Positions 34,740-48,715 of a stretch of 64,000 bases of DNA are shown here, piece after piece (position 1 is the stretch's first letter; every line of letters begins with the position of its first letter). A program made the position numbers and the translations under genes. This DNA comes from Macrostomum lignano. Taxonomy: Eukaryota. A model generated the notes under the pieces. The model was not told the DNA's origin, ran no database searches, and saw only the letters and a program-made list of their open reading frames with translations. The stretch lies in contig NIVC01000349.1 of assembly GCA_002269645.1 (NCBI GenBank), positions 310,001 through 374,000 of the forward strand, read 5' to 3'.

Positions 34740-35830
34740 GGCTTTATTGTCCGGAATTCATCCGTAATCTGGCACAATATCATCGACAGTCAGCACCAGA
34801 ACATTTTCATCAGAAAGAACACCAGAGAATGCAGCACAAGCAAAATAAATCTCAGTAGCGGGAAACACACAAACACTTTCGGAAGGTACGCAAACAAGAA
34901 AAAACCGATTAATGAAATAAGACAGCATTTGCTAGAGCTTCATCTGCATTGCGCAAGGAAAATATAGGACCGGGCACTGGTTTGCAAAGTTGCACGCGCA
35001 TCATAGCAATTCCGACATCACTGCGAAAAAATTCTAGGATCTTACCAAACGATTGATTGCGAAAATAGTAATACAAGACGCATTGTTACTTGAGCCAGCT
35101 GCAAAAAAAATTCGACTACCACGCGAAATGCAATGCTTTGATAAAAACTGGACATCCTGTACATCAGTTGGTAGATCATTGCACAAAAGTGACAACAGCT
35201 CAGCCTTTCCAGTGAATTCTGACTGATTAAAAACGAAATAGGAAACCATTTTTAGCAGGGATTTTTCGCAAGTCTGCTTGAGATGAAAGCGCGTTCCTCG
35301 GCAGTACTTTTTAATGCTGACAAAGTTGTTTTCAAAGGAAAACATCGATCCTCTAGCCATGGGTCCAAATTTCTGAACTTGAGATGGAAGATGCAAAAGC
35401 AGATGAAAGTTCATAGTCATGATATTTTGATCGAATACATTAGACAGTTCAGACAGAAAGAAGTTCGTCGGAACAGTTAAAGATCCAGAGAAGCTAGCAG
35501 CATCAGCATGGTTTGCAACACGACAGATAATAGAAAAAATTACAATGAGATTAGCTTGCCGAAATCGTTTTCGGTACAGAGACACAGGGCCATTACAGGG
35601 AAAAAGTGCACAACTAAAAATTTAAAATCGCGTGCCTTCCAGAATGCACTCTCACCAATGTTCTGAGGCTGCGATAGGTAACTAGGGACCCTTGCATTGC
35701 GTAGCAGCTTATTAAAATAATCCTTGCGTCTGCCTAAATAATACTCATTTTGCCAGTGTTGAGGGTCAAAAAGATACTTTAAAATCATTTTCGTACAGTT
35801 TCGTACAGGCTCAAGGATGTTTGGCTCTAG
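34740..35830 (-). pseudogene. CACTA/EnSpm (CMC) transposase C-terminal part
   Basis: YYLGRR...VPSYLSQPQNIGESAFWKARDF and MNFHLLLHLPSQVQKFGPM..GSMFSFEN are typical animal EnSpm transposase motifs. There is a frameshift, and the N-terminus is missing. Confidence 0.85.
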
Positions 35831-36869
35831 CGGAGGCGTGGTCTTCGCCGAGGCTCCTTGGGAAACACGCCGCCGTTCCGCCGGTAGCACCGACGTGCAG
35901 CCTGGGGCCTGCCTGAGCTGCGGCGTGACCATTGCAGTCTCGTTCTGACGCAAGTCCGTGAACTGCCTGTTGTTAGTCTTTTAGCTGGCGGCTCAGCCGC
36001 ATTCGCAACCGCCTTTTTGTTAAATGTAGGCAATTTAGACATTGCTATTTGCTGACTATAAGATAAATACTAAGATACTAAAAATTTAATTTTTTTTGTT
36101 GCGCACTGCACAAAGATTAGTACACAACGCTTTGAATTATTGGGGAGTTTAAAATTATTATTCAATGAGCGGCAAGTAATTTCCAAGAAGGAGGCAAGAA
36201 AGCTGCTCAGCAACAGTTTGATAAATAATGTTGATGAGCTCAGCTTGGTCTCAACAGAGAGAACTTACAGAGCTCTAGCTTATGAAAATTAAATGACAAT
36301 TTTAGGATTAATTTAAAGCCTTAGAAAATTAATTTAATAAGTAAGGCTCGGAGCTAAGTTATACCTCTAGAGAGAGATTACAGTATACCTAGCTCCAGCT
36401 GATACAATTAATGAAAAAGGATAGATAGGTACTTAGGGTCCAAAAATACAAAAAACTAATTTATTATAGAAACTAATGGGTCAAAGGTTAAATAGTCAAG
36501 AGAGCTATTTAACCCAATAAATAAGGAAAGTGGTACACTTAAAGAGTTGCTGGCAGCTAAGGGGAAGAAAAATAAGAGATTAGGACACCTGATGAGGAAA
36601 AAATCACTTCAAAATTTAAATTACTAACTATCTAACTAATGTGAAAAATTTAAGTTGATGAAATGGAGCAGAAAAGGGAAGAAAGAAGCACAGAGCGGTT
36701 AATAGAGGCAAGAGGGGAACAAAAGGCAAATGAAGAGTGAAGAATTGGAGAGAAAAAGTTGACTACAGTAACTTAAGACTAATTTGAAGATTTCCCTACA
36801 TGCCTATGCTAAGTGAGGTGGGGTGGAGAAAGTTTTCTTGGAAATCGGTTGGTTTTAAAACTTGCTGAC

Positions 36870-37240
36870 ACCAGTGAGGTGGGGCGGATTCCACGTTTGA
36901 ATTGCCGCCGGCGTTGAGTTCGCACGAATAAACCGGAAAATCGCGCAGACGAATCACAACGTAATCTTTCTCCTTTTACTCCGACTGCCGGGTTCTCAAG
37001 TCCGGGGGGAGGGTTGTCGTAATCGTAGCGGAGCGGTCGTTAGCGGCGTGGTCGTTCAAAGCGATGAAACACCAGGGATTCTGTCTCCGTAAATTAATGC
37101 GACGATTTGCTGAGCCTGTTACTCTCAGTAGGGTAGTTGCTGCCACCACCGTAATTTACGTATTACGGGACGATAAGTCTCACAGCTTTCTTTGAGATGA
37201 GAACTTTGGTTATTTTCACCCCACGGGCAAATGACTCAAG
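36870..37240 (-). repeat. Dispersed repeat (probable retroelement 5' region), copy 1
   Basis: Similar to 46410-46830. The shared frame TLPP.LRTRQSE shows synonymous changes. Confidence 0.6.
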
Positions 37241-37999
37241 AAATACTATGGCTTTAGTTTAATGAGTAAATAATAATGTTTAAAGTTTATTTAATTTGCT
37301 TATTTTGAGCAGGTTGGATAATAAAAATAAATATTACTACGACACTACGCGGATGTGACGCGGGCCGAGGCCGAAATAAAAGTTTCAACTGGGCTTAAAC
37401 TAGCAAAATTAGTAGCACTAAAATTAAACGATAAACAAGAACAATAAACATGAAAGTAAGAAAGGAAAAGCAGAGGAAAAGCGCGTAAGTAGACAGTCAT
37501 GTAATCATCACGTTTAAATAGAGGAGAATTAACGGTCACGCAGTGGGGACAGAGGCTGAACATGCACATGGGAGAGAAAATCGCGTAAAAGGGCATAATG
37601 CGGGGCGGCATAAACACATAAGAAAAACAAAAATTTACTGTACACATCCAACTTCGTGTAAGCAAAACACGTGGCGGGTACAAACAGAATCCAGCATCGG
37701 GAGTAATGTCACTCCAATAATGGGAGAAAACACGACAATTCACCATGCACATGCAAAAATGAAAAAATGACAAATTCAAGTTTTATCGCATCTTACGTGG
37801 CAACCCGCCTGCCACACTAAGCACAGAGTGCGTAAAAATTTGCAAAAATCTAAATAACGACCTAAATACGGCTTAAGAAGTTCCTGGAAAGCTTAAGCCG
37901 ACTAAATCAAATACGCTTAATCTGATGGAAGTAGTCCCTAAGCTCCTAGAAGCAGGCCATGGCCAAAAAAGCAGAAAAATTAATGGAAAGAGCCCGTCT

Positions 38000-40900
38000 T
38001 TACGGCTGCTCTAAGGACTGCTCTAAAGAGTTTCGTTCGTTTCGTTGATAAGTGCTAGCGCTTCAGCCTCTATCCGAGGCTCTTACGCTACTTGTATTTG
38101 TATTATGTTTCGAATTTGGTGTTACAGGCATTGTAAAATTTTCGAGGTTAGATTAATAACAAATAATCGAAGAGTACAGTATAAAACAATTACAATAGCA
38201 AAATTCAATGAAACAAATATCGGTGCAATTTTAAAACAAATATTAGTGCATAATAAAACAGTTAATCAAGTATTAAATGTGTAAACAAATTAAGATAAAG
38301 TATAAAACATCAATGCAAACAACAAATATAAAAGAACTAAAACAATAATAATAATCATAAAGGTTCTAAAATCATTTAGTGGCATCAATTTTTTGAGAAT
38401 TAAATAGCAAGTCTGTCTGGACAAGTCTGTTGTCTATAATAATTAAAATTGAAGGATTAACTTGAAAAAGTTAACAAAGTGCTAATTCTAATAAAAAACG
38501 AAGAGTTTCGCAAAGCCGCAAAAACCCAAAATAAGACCATGTGCTACGAAAACGAAGGCTCACGCAGACACTAAATCACAAAACCCTAAAGAAGAATAAG
38601 AACCAGCCCGAACAAAAGATTCCCAACCCTCTACCTCAACCGTAAAGACGGTCTCTGACTGTTTTTACCCTGGCTGTCTCTTTGGCAGCTTGTCTAAGGG
38701 TTGTGCGCAATCCGAATGGCTATGCCAATTTCTAAGGGTCCGCCCCGGAGGGGCTGTGCCCATTACAAATACTAAACCCTATTCTTATTTCTAACCAATT
38801 TTTTGGCCCTCTGCCTTGGTTTAGGGGGGGGGGGTGCCCGGAGTGAGTAGGTTCTCTGGACTGCAGTGTGGCTAGGACGGGACTGAGCCCCCCGGTCGAA
38901 CCCGCCCTGCAGGAAAGAACGACCAATTCACAAAGGTGTACGGTAGACCCAGTAGCATGCCAGCCCTGAGGCTGAGCACCCGGGTTGCAGGCTGGCAAGC
39001 TGCCTGCTTTAGGGCTATGGTGCTCCTTCCCACTGCCATTCTTTTTTTCTGGGCTGGCATCCCAGCGCGGTTTTATCCCCTGCTTTTATCTAGTTTTAGC
39101 TTAATTAGGCCTTGAGCCAAATCCAATTCTCTGGAGTTATGAGCTCTGCCCTCGCCCGGTCCATCTTGCCCTGTCCTCGGGTCCATCTCCTGGCTCCTGC
39201 TGTAAGGTCCGTGCTTGCGTGTCTCTGGCTCTCATCCTGACAGTGGATTGGTGTCCTGGGAAGGATGTTCGTCCCGAACCGGGGACAACCGGCTGAGTTT
39301 GGAGTCCTCTTGCCCCGGGTGCCTCTTCTCCCGACCCCTTGGCCTGGCCCCCAATAATGAGCTGGATAGGCGATGCCCTTGGGTTGGTAGCAATAGAGGT
39401 GTATTCTGTCCGCCTAGAGTCTCCCCCTCGGATACAAGCCTTCCAGACTCACTCCAAAATAGAGCTGGGTAGTGAAAAGCCTTGAGGCTCGAGACCTTCA
39501 GGGGACCACGACCCTGTAGTAGGATCGCTCTTGGTAATAAGCTGCCCAGACTCGCTCCAATAGTTTAAGCCATTTCCAAGGTTTAGGAGTAATTCCTCAC
39601 TCGGACCGCTTTCAGTAGTATTCCAAACTTTTCGTTATCAAATTTTTCTGCGCACACCCAAAAGACTTGCTAGCTGAGAGGATGGTCTGGGTGGATTCGG
39701 TCCTAGCACCGTCCCTGATTCCACTGTTGGTTTGGCGGTGTCTTGTACCATAGGCTTGAAGTCCCTCGCCCTTTCCCTAGCTCTAAGCTGGGGCCCAACT
39801 AAATTGGTGTTTCGGGTATCTCGGGTACACAGTCTTATCTGTGCCCTTAGCAGTGCCCTCTGCGGCAGAGCCCCTCCCAGGGCTGATCCGCGGGTAGCCC
39901 CGTAGCTTCCCACCCCCGTTTAACAACAAATCACAAAACCCTAAAGAAGAATAAGAACCAGCCCGAACAAAAGATTCCCAACCCTCTACCTCAAGCCAAA
40001 ATTTTATAAAACACTAATATAGCTTTCTGATAATAATAACGATATGATAACCATAATAATATCAAATTATAAAAAACCATAGTGCAGCAGTCCGTACAGA
40101 TTAAAATCAAGTAATCAAGTCTGCAGCTGAGACGCCTCTCAGGAACTGTCTCGAGGTGAGTTTTTACGTTTTCATGGCTTTTACGTTTTAATTTATGGCT
40201 TTTTTGGTTTTTTAAAGCTTTTCTGAATTTAGTGGTAGCAGGTTCTCTGAGACCCCGTCTGCACCATTCTTTGAGGTCAATGTCAAAGCAATGCACTCCT
40301 GTCAGAAGAGCTTTTTTGAACCACCTGAGGCCCAGATTCCGAATTCTCTCCTTGAACCTCGGCATCTTGGTGGTTTCATGCAGGTAGCTAACTTTGGTGT
40401 ACCTTGGGGCGCCAAGTACAATTCTGAGGGCCTGATTTTGGAGGAGTTGAAGTCTCTGAATGAGCGTGTCCGATGCGTTGACCAGGATGGGGGCCCCATT
40501 GGTCATGCCGCTCTCAATATAAGACCTGTAGAGCAGCTGGAGCCCCAACTGGGAGATTCCGGTATTACGAGCAATCCTTCTCATGGCCTCAAGCTTAGCG
40601 TTGGCGATGCCGACAGTCCTCATGATGTGTTGTTTGTAGTTCAGGTCTTTGTCTAGGGTGACCCCAAGGAAGGTGACCGAATCGTGGTAGGGGATAGTAT
40701 CCTGGCCGAATTTGAGCGGAGGCCTGGCTGGACTCCTGGATGAATTACTTTTGAATTTGAAAAAGGCAACAGCCCTGCTTTTGTTGGGGTTGATGGTGAT
40801 GCCCACATCATCAAGCCATTTCTTCAGAACGGCCAGATACCCATTCAACCTCTTGGCCGTCAAAAGAGACGTTCTAGCATTCACCCAGACTGCAAGATCG

Positions 40901-43900
40901 TCTGCAAACTGGCTCTTCTTGACTTTGACGTCACGCGGGATTGAGATCGAGCTGACGTAAATAGTAAACAGAAGGGGGGACAGCACCCCTCCTTGTGGGA
41001 CACCGGCAGCAGGCCTGAAGCCTTTGCGTATTGCCCCCCCCCCCGGTTTGTAGATCTCCCTATCTTCTAGGTAGCTGGAGATAATACGGATCATGTTGTG
41101 AGGCAGCTCCCTTTCAAGGAGGCGATATCTCAGGTATCTGTACCAGACACCATCGAAGGCGCCTTTGACGTCAAAGAAGACACCAAGGGTCACATGACGC
41201 CATTGGTTCATTTTTAGTATATCATCTGTGAGTCGCACAATGTTATCGAACGTACAGTGGTCTTGTCTGTACGCACATTGGTCTTCATTTATAATTCCCT
41301 TGTTTTCTAAAATCATTCTGAGATTTCTAGCAATGACTTTTTCGTAAAGTTTTCCTAGGCAGGATGTAAGACTGATAGGCCGGTAATTACCTATTTCATG
41401 CTTAGACTTCTTAGGTTTCGGGATCATTTTTATAATTGCTTTTTTCCAGGCCTTCGGGAAATAGCCCAGAAGAAAGCTCGCATTGAATATTTTGGCTAAA
41501 GTTTTGACTGAGTCAGGGCTGAGCCCGCGCTTAAGCACAATATTTGGAATTTTATCAGGGCCAGGGGCACCCCAAGTCCTAAGATTTTTAGTTTCCATTA
41601 GAACATCGATGTCGAGGATGTTGAGAATGTCGGATTCGATATCCTCTTTGTCTGGGTCATCAGGGTCAGCCCTGTCCCTGTGGTAGGTCAGGGCTTTCAT
41701 CATGCAGTCATTGGGTCGAAAGATCTCATGATCTTCGCTGGCCTTAACTCTCTCAAAGAGAAGGGAGTTAGTGTCGGGGTGGGGTTGAATCTGATCTTCC
41801 AGGAAATCCTGAAATAGATCAGCAGTCTCTTGTTCTGTTTCAGCAGTTACCCCTTTGTAACTAAGGGCGGGAAAAGAAAAAGCTCCGATGGATTGGCCGG
41901 TCATTTTCTTAATATCGATCCAGAATTGTCTTGGCTCTTCTGTAACTTGTTTTCGCTATTTTTTCCACAGGTCTTCAAATTTCCTATATCTCTGCATCCT
42001 GATAGCTATTCTAATTTCTTTAGCGGCTTGGTTGGCTTGAACTCTAAATGAATCAATTCTGGTTTTCTTAAAAAGTTTCCTGAGCTTTCTTCTGTGCTTT
42101 ATTTTACTGACAAAATCAGGGGGAAGTTGCTCTCTAGGATCCCTGTTCGAAACAACCTCATCTATAGTCTCCTGAACATTTTAGTGAGCTTCTCAAACGC
42201 ACTGTCAAGCTCCTCAGGGGTAGAGATCCGGGTTCTGATAAGGTTGCAGTTTTCGAACTTGTCTTGGAGGGCATATCTGAAGGCCTCCCAATCAGTATAC
42301 CAGTAACTTTTTGGAGGTTTGGGATTACAGACCGAGCTAGGGTTTACAAACACTTTAATAATAATAGGAAGATGATCACTGTCAAGATCATCACCTACTG
42401 AAACCTCACTAACAGAGTTAGCTAGATCTGGGGAGCAAATGCCTAGATCCAGGACATTTCCTACTGAACTTCCCCCTCTATTATAATAGATCCTGGTACA
42501 ATCACCATACTGGTTGAGGATGAAGGGAGGATCAGGATGGTTATTAAGCCAATCGAATAGCTGTTTGCCAGTATGATTCTCACAGCTATCCCCTCCTAGC
42601 AAGTGATGACGACAGTTCAGGTCGCCCATGAGGAGGGATCTTGGCTGGTGTAGAAGCTGCTCAAGCAGTGCAGTGTTGATGCGGTCGGGATTAGGGGCTC
42701 TGTATAAAAAAGTAATCCTAAGAGTATTGCTGGGATTGTTGTTGGGGTTGACAGCGAGGCTGATAAGCTCATGGTGGATATTATCGAAGTATTGATTAAC
42801 ACTGGATACTTTTAAGGTATTCTTGTAAGCAATAGCTAACCCTCTTCTGCAGTCTGGTATGTCATATCTAATAATGGCATACCCTTGGACATAGAACTTG
42901 TCGTTATTTTTGAGCTCAGTTTCTGAGAATAGACCAATGTCAATATTTTCATTGTGCAACCACATAATAATTTCATGCATTTTGTTGCTAAGCGAATTAC
43001 AATTAAGATGCCCAATAACCAGGGTGGAGTTAGGAGAATTTTTATTATAAAAAGCCATAATTCAGATAATTTTTTGTATTTGCTCAGGGCACGGATCCAC
43101 CTCCGCTCACCGTACTGGCTTCAGCTTCACCTGCCCTAGCTGCAGTTCCAGCAGGATTGAGGGCAATCGCCAGAGCCTCCATCACTGCCCGAATAGCAAG
43201 CTGGCTTACTTCCCAGTCAGTGATCGGATGCTCCGGAATGATTTCCACAATTCTGTTGAAGGCTGCCAGTACAACCAGGAGAACAGCCCTTTGAGACGAA
43301 CCCCTCTCACCGATTACTGCAGCAGCAGGGGCAGCAATGGATTGTTCAGCAGGCGCAGAGCTGCTTGAAGGTGTGCAGTCTGCTTGACCATTGCGAGCGC
43401 AGAGCTGTCAGCAGGAGGTGCAGTCTGAGCAGTCGTCTTGTCAGATTGGGCGACAGCAGCGGCTCGATTCGAGTAGATGATTGGACCGAGTACAGGCTTC
43501 GGTCGTGCCATTGCAGCGTATGATGGGCCTGGGACACCAAAAGTCTCAGCCAGAGTCTGACTACCTATCCTATCATCCTGACTAGGGCCTACTTGTTCGA
43601 TCGGTCTAGTTTGATGGAATTTAGATTTAAGTGCCTGAATGCACTAGTGAATGCACTAGCCTTTGCTCCTGGAGAAGAGTCTGATGAGCGGCGTAGGTTG
43701 CCCCGTCCTCTGGGCTCCATCGAATTACAAGTGTGCATAATTATCGTCGAGGTATGCCAAGAGCTCCTCGGCTTCCACAACGAGAGGAACTCCCTTGACA
43801 ATGATGGATTGTACGTTAGGTGATTTGAGTGGCTTTCGCAGCCTGTCATCGGCTTGGTGACGCGGCCTGTTTGATGGCAGGCGTCTTGTGACTGTTTGTC

Positions 43901-45312
43901 CATTAATTTCATTGATTTTCAGTGGTGTTGTTAGTAAATTATTCATTTCTTGTGGAGTGTTTGTAAATACAAAGTACCCTGAGCTGTGGTACAATTCTTT
44001 GACCGACATTATGCGAACGTTGGGAAAATTAGCTTTTAAAAATTGTTCAAATTTTATTGGGTTCTTGGCCTCTACGGGCATCTCGAATACCACCGGCGTA
44101 ATTTTAGTTAGTTTAGAATGAAGTGTCTTGGTTTGTCTGGGTGAGGAACGGTGGTCCGGTAGGCCTTGGAATCCCACCGCTAACACCAGTGTAGTAGCTG
44201 AGCTTTTGTTTGCTCGGGATAGGTGGACTGCTGTCGTCCCGGACAACCTTAGCGAACACTCTTGTGGGGGCTGAGACTGGAGAGAAATCTAAAATTAAGG
44301 GTAGTGCTGCCACCAGCGTGGGAACCGTAGGATCCGCAATGAAGAGGGCTGATTGGGTTCCACGCAAATAAATAACGCTAGAACAACTAGCCTCAGATAT
44401 TTCAATATCCAAATGACAGGACTCAATGGTAGCAAATGCCCTGAGCGGCGCAGTCCTGGCACTGACAATGTCCGCGCTTGAGCGTGTCTGAGTTTAGCTC
44501 TCAGAGGACCCCTAACTTCTACTATCCTAATAGCTACGACTCGCGCATATGGGCGGCGAGGAATAGGTCTATGCGCCTGAAGCAGCAATAGACTCACGCT
44601 AACTAAGCTCTTAGCTATTTCTTAGAATCGCGCACGAGTGCTGCGACTGCACACTCACTCACTCTTATTCGCGCCTGTGTCGCAAATAGACTACAGCAGA
44701 ATGGCTTCAGCCAACTGATTTCCTGCCAAATAGGGTAGGCTGGAAACCAGAGCTATAGCACAGCAATGCTCTGCCGAGACCTGCTCAGGAGCGTGCTTTC
44801 TGCTTGAGCGCTGCAATGCTCTACCAAGACCTGCTCAGGAGCTTGCGGCTGCTTCTTAGCGATGCTTTGCTCTACCAAGACCTGCTCAGGAGCATTGGCT
44901 TCGCTGTTAACCGGCGCTAGAGCGCTTTCTCGGAGATGGCTCTCGACGAGACTGACCAGCGGTCAAAACGGTTCTGAGGAAAAATCAGACAGATCGGCCT
45001 GCATTCATTAATATAGAACGCGGAGGGTGGAGCGTTTGGGCATTCCGTGGCTTGACCATGAAACTGCAGCCGAAAAGTGCGGATAATGATGCACAACAGC
45101 TATTGATTAAACATGGGGGGAAAGTAGCTTGTACGAAGCGCCGACAGAAGCTTCAAGCCACCAGTGAAAATAGCATGCCAAATTTGAGCTTGTGTGCACA
45201 AGGCTGCACGTGAGGGAGGGTTCAGCTCGGGACACGGGGTTCGCGAAACCCTCAGTCTAAAAATAGAATAACGCATGGGGAGAGGCTCCGACGCAGGAGA
45301 AACGAGAGAGCA
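38000..45312 (-). mobile_element. Near full-length Jockey/I-like LINE (ORF1, APE-RT ORF2), degenerate
   Basis: ORF1 fragments (SIIVKGVPLVVEAEELLAYL), APE 42162..43058 (HLNCNSL; LFSETEL; MGDLNC; LDLGI; SDHLP) and RT 39991..41904 (APGPDKI; NYRPISLTS; FDVKGAFD; GVPQGGVLSPLLF; FADD). The 3' end position is approximate. Confidence 0.9.
38640..39927. mobile_element. 1288-bp GC-rich insert flanked by identical 67-bp direct repeats in the LINE 3' UTR
   Basis: 38573-38639 and 39928-39994 are identical. There is no recognisable ORF inside. Confidence 0.75.
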
Positions 45313-45582
45313 CCTAACGGCCGTGGGCTAGCCAGACAATCCACTAAACAAAAAATACGTGGCTAGCTAGTGAGTCCTCGTGTGGACCCACACAGGCTAG
45401 TCCTTGAGAGTCCACACAGTGCGCATAGTGATAGTACGCTAGATATGACAAGGAACGCTGCTATTGGTACGCTAGATATGACAAGGAACGCTGCTATTGG
45501 TCCGTGTGGGCTAGGGTGGGCTGGTCGAGTGTACCCGCGGACGGGAATGAGAAATCTGGGAATTCTCTGAGTGCTAAAAATT

Positions 45583-45643
45583 GGTCGGGTGGCCAGTGGG
45601 CCTGACTTGAAATTGGAAGGTTTGAGGTTCGAATCCTGCTAGA
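45583..45643 (+). other. Degenerate tRNA-like sequence or SINE head
   Basis: GGTCGGGTGGCCAGTGG (A-box-like) and GGTTCGAATCC (B box). The cloverleaf is not intact. Confidence 0.3.
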
Positions 45644-46409
45644 CAAAATGTTATCTTAATGTAAATATTGTGCGTATAAAAAAGCAGAACATGCAGAAAA
45701 GCAGAAATTAGAATTTGAGTGAACAAACGTTAAATTATGGTAATGAGGATTATTATAAGGATTAGAGGATTGCTGGTTTAAGTGATGAAAATAAACGTAT
45801 TAGAAAAGTAGTATCGAAAGAGCCAATAGCCTAAACTAAGATGCACAGGGAAGGCCCCTTGCGTGCACCCGCTCGCAGCTCACACTGCTGCTAATATCAG
45901 CAGTAGTCTGAAGGGTAAGCTCAACCGCCTGCAAGTTAGCGATGTGGCAGTCCATTAGTGTGGCAGTTGCAGGCCTAAAGTAACTCTCATGAAGTCATGG
46001 ACTCATGGTCTCTATTTTATTGGCTTGTTTATCTTTTGACTCGGTGTGAGTCTAGCAGTGCTAATATTAAACACATAGTAATCATTTGTAACACTTGGGG
46101 TGAAGCACATTTAGTTCCTGTCATATTTATTGTCATTGAAGTCGAAGATCAATTATATACCGGTACCGTATTAATGTATCGTATTTTTAAAAAAATTAGA
46201 TTCTTTATTTGAAAGTTTAACTGTTGTGCTACCTTTGATACATTTTTTTCTGGTACAAAAGTCTTCAATTTTAAATGTATTGTGATAAAACTTAAAAACT
46301 CTCCTGCTTCTATCATGAACAAGTTATAAAATCTCAAAGTAAGTTTAGTTTTGTTCATGTTTTACCGTAGCTGTTGACAACAGGAACTAATTACCTTTTT
46401 TATTTAATT

Positions 46410-46830
46410 GAGGTGGGGCGGAGAAAGTTTTGATTGTAGGTGGGATTGTCCGGTGGTCGATTGATTAAATGTCGAGTATGAGCGGCTCAGGCCTTCGAAT
46501 CGGCGCCGTCGTTAATTCGCACAGATTAAATCCGGAAAATTCGTGTGGACGAATCCCAATTGAAATGTCTCGCAGATACTCCGACTGCCGGGGTCCTCAA
46601 TCCTGGGGGGAGGGTAGTTTTAGTCGTAGGCGAGCGGTCTTTGTTGGCGCGAGCGTTCAGAGCGGGTCCTCAGACACCGAATTTAACGTATCTCGTATGC
46701 TCGACTTAACTTGTTACTAACAGTAGAGTAGCGCTGCCACCACCGTAATTTTTGCGTATTACGGAACGTTGGGATCTCAGAGCTTGCTTTGAGATGAGAC
46801 TGGGTTGTTTTACGCCCCACGGGCAAATGC
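46410..46830 (-). repeat. Dispersed repeat (probable retroelement 5' region), copy 2
   Basis: Similar to 36870-37240. Confidence 0.6.
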
Positions 46831-46981
46831 CCGGTGTTGAAAAAATAATCCGGCGGACACTGATTCGTCAGCCTCCAACTGATATGTTTAGGTATAAAGT
46901 GGTCTGAGTCCGCCAGACCCAGATTTCAAGCTCACGGCGGATCTGAATAGGACTCTCATCTTTCGATTTTTCATCTGACTA

Positions 46982-48343
46982 CTTCGGCTGTCCGGAAAGT
47001 CGCGAGAATGTATTTTAAAAATCATTCAGAACTATCAAAAAACACGATAACAGCACTAGTTGGTAATGTAATCTCCCCTTGCATTGATTACAGCTTGGCA
47101 ATGGTCAACGAGTCGCTGAACCTCTCTTTTTAAGCAATCTTCGTCAAGGCCTCTTGCCCACTGCAACGCAGCTTCTCGAACTTCATTGTGGTCGCTGAAT
47201 ACTCGCCTGGAGAAATCATTCTTCATCCAACTGAACAAAAAACGGTCGCACAGATTGAAGTCTGGGCTGTAAGGACTCTGAAATACCTTACTGAACTCCA
47301 CTGAACTCCACGGGACTCCATGTACTGCTGCACAGAACGAGCCACGTGAGGTCGCGCATTGTCCCACTGCCAAAGAACATCCGACAGGTGAATTGGCTTT
47401 GACCTCAGAGTACGCCATAGGTCTCCCGTGTGCCGAATGAATTCAACTATGCCATTTGCATCAACAGTTTGCTTCGGGGCTGTGGATTTAATGGAGAAGC
47501 GCTTGCTTGGAGTGAAAGCAACCAGAAGCATTGTCTTTGCATTCCCGACCGAGTGCCTGACAACCTGGGGCCGATGATCTCCTTGGCCAAGCCAGCACCT
47601 GTTGTTTTGCTTTGTGCCAGTGTTGTTCAGGTACACCCACGTCTCATCTTCCACCACGTACTTGTCGCAAAAGTTTTCCACCCCCTCGTTGTAAAAAGCC
47701 TGCGGATTTGCTTGGCACAATTGATGCAAGCAGTCTTGTTCTCCTTGGATAGAGCATGCGGAACCCAGACGGCAGAAACGTTTCGAAGGTGCAAATCCTC
47801 GGTCAAAATTTCGTGCACTGTTGTTTTTCCAACTTCCAAAAAGTCGGCGAGGTCTCGGACACTAACTTTTGAATCCTCTTCAACGAGAGCTCGGCAGGTT
47901 TCGATCAGTTCCGTTGTCCTTGTTGACCGTGGCCGGCCAGTCCGAGGAGCTGAGGCCAGGGGAAATGCTTCATCACGGAACTTTGAGTACCATCTGTAAA
48001 CCGTTGACTGACCTGGTGCGGCATCTTCATAAACTTTAAGTAGTTCGTTATAACAACTAATAGCAGAGATTCCAAGACGGTATCTAGCGTAGGCATAAGC
48101 CTGGAAATCTTCCATTTTGACGAACTCGCTATTAAATTTTTCAAGCTTGATCACCGCGTTGCATTGGTTATTGAGCACTTTATGCTGAGCTCGCCCCTGC
48201 CCCCAATTTTGCTGCTAGAATAACAAGAATTTTCACCATAGACATCTATAAGTCTATTATTGAAATTTTATGTGTGCCATGTCATCAGCTTGCTGCTTTC
48301 TTGCTTGACTGACACATTCTCACGACTTTCCGGACAGGCGAAG
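46982..48343 (-). mobile_element. mariner (DD34D) transposon, full length, transposase frameshifted
   Basis: ~28-bp TIRs CTTCG(G/C)CTGTCCGGAAAGTCG(C/T)GAGAATGT and a TA TSD. Motifs: HTH (TVYRWY), WVPHAL, EDETW, WDNARPH and SPYSPDFNLCD. Confidence 0.95.
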
Positions 48344-48715
48344 TACTATAAGTAAGCAGTTAAGCATTTGTGCCGAATTGTGGAATTTAATTTCTCGAGT
48401 ATATTTTATTTTTTTTGAAGATGTTGACAAAGGAAGTAATGGTTACCATACATTGTGAATAAATTAGAACGTCAGCTCCATTTTAATAATGTAATAACTG
48501 ATTATAACTGATTATAGTGTTACTGTGGCTATAGTATTAAACACGAAATAAAAACGATAATCCCATATACTAAAAATGAAAATCATACACTAAATGCAAA
48601 ATACAAGATAGAAGTACAAATACAAATACAAAATACCATTTACGAAATCGCAATTTGCGAAATACAATTAGGCAATTTTAAGAAACACGTAGTGTCATTC
48701 ATTGGTTCAGTAACT

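Noticed and set aside
37345-37779. 144-aa hydrophobic ORF, and the similar 116-aa ORF at 54936..55286
   Set aside because: Both lie in strongly strand-biased A/G-rich segments where stops are rare on the T/C strand. They have no motifs. These could be LTR-like or other repeat sequence, but no boundaries could be defined.
44168-44190. TGGTGTTAGCGGTGGGATTC, 18/20 identical to a tRNA-Leu PBS, right after ...ACTACA, suggesting an LTR-PBS fused to a LINE
   Set aside because: It lies inside a reading frame conserved with synonymous changes (TGVSGGI), and a diverged copy of the same peptide repeat occurs at ~18560. The upstream block lacks matching LTR termini and a TSD. It is more likely ORF1 coding sequence.
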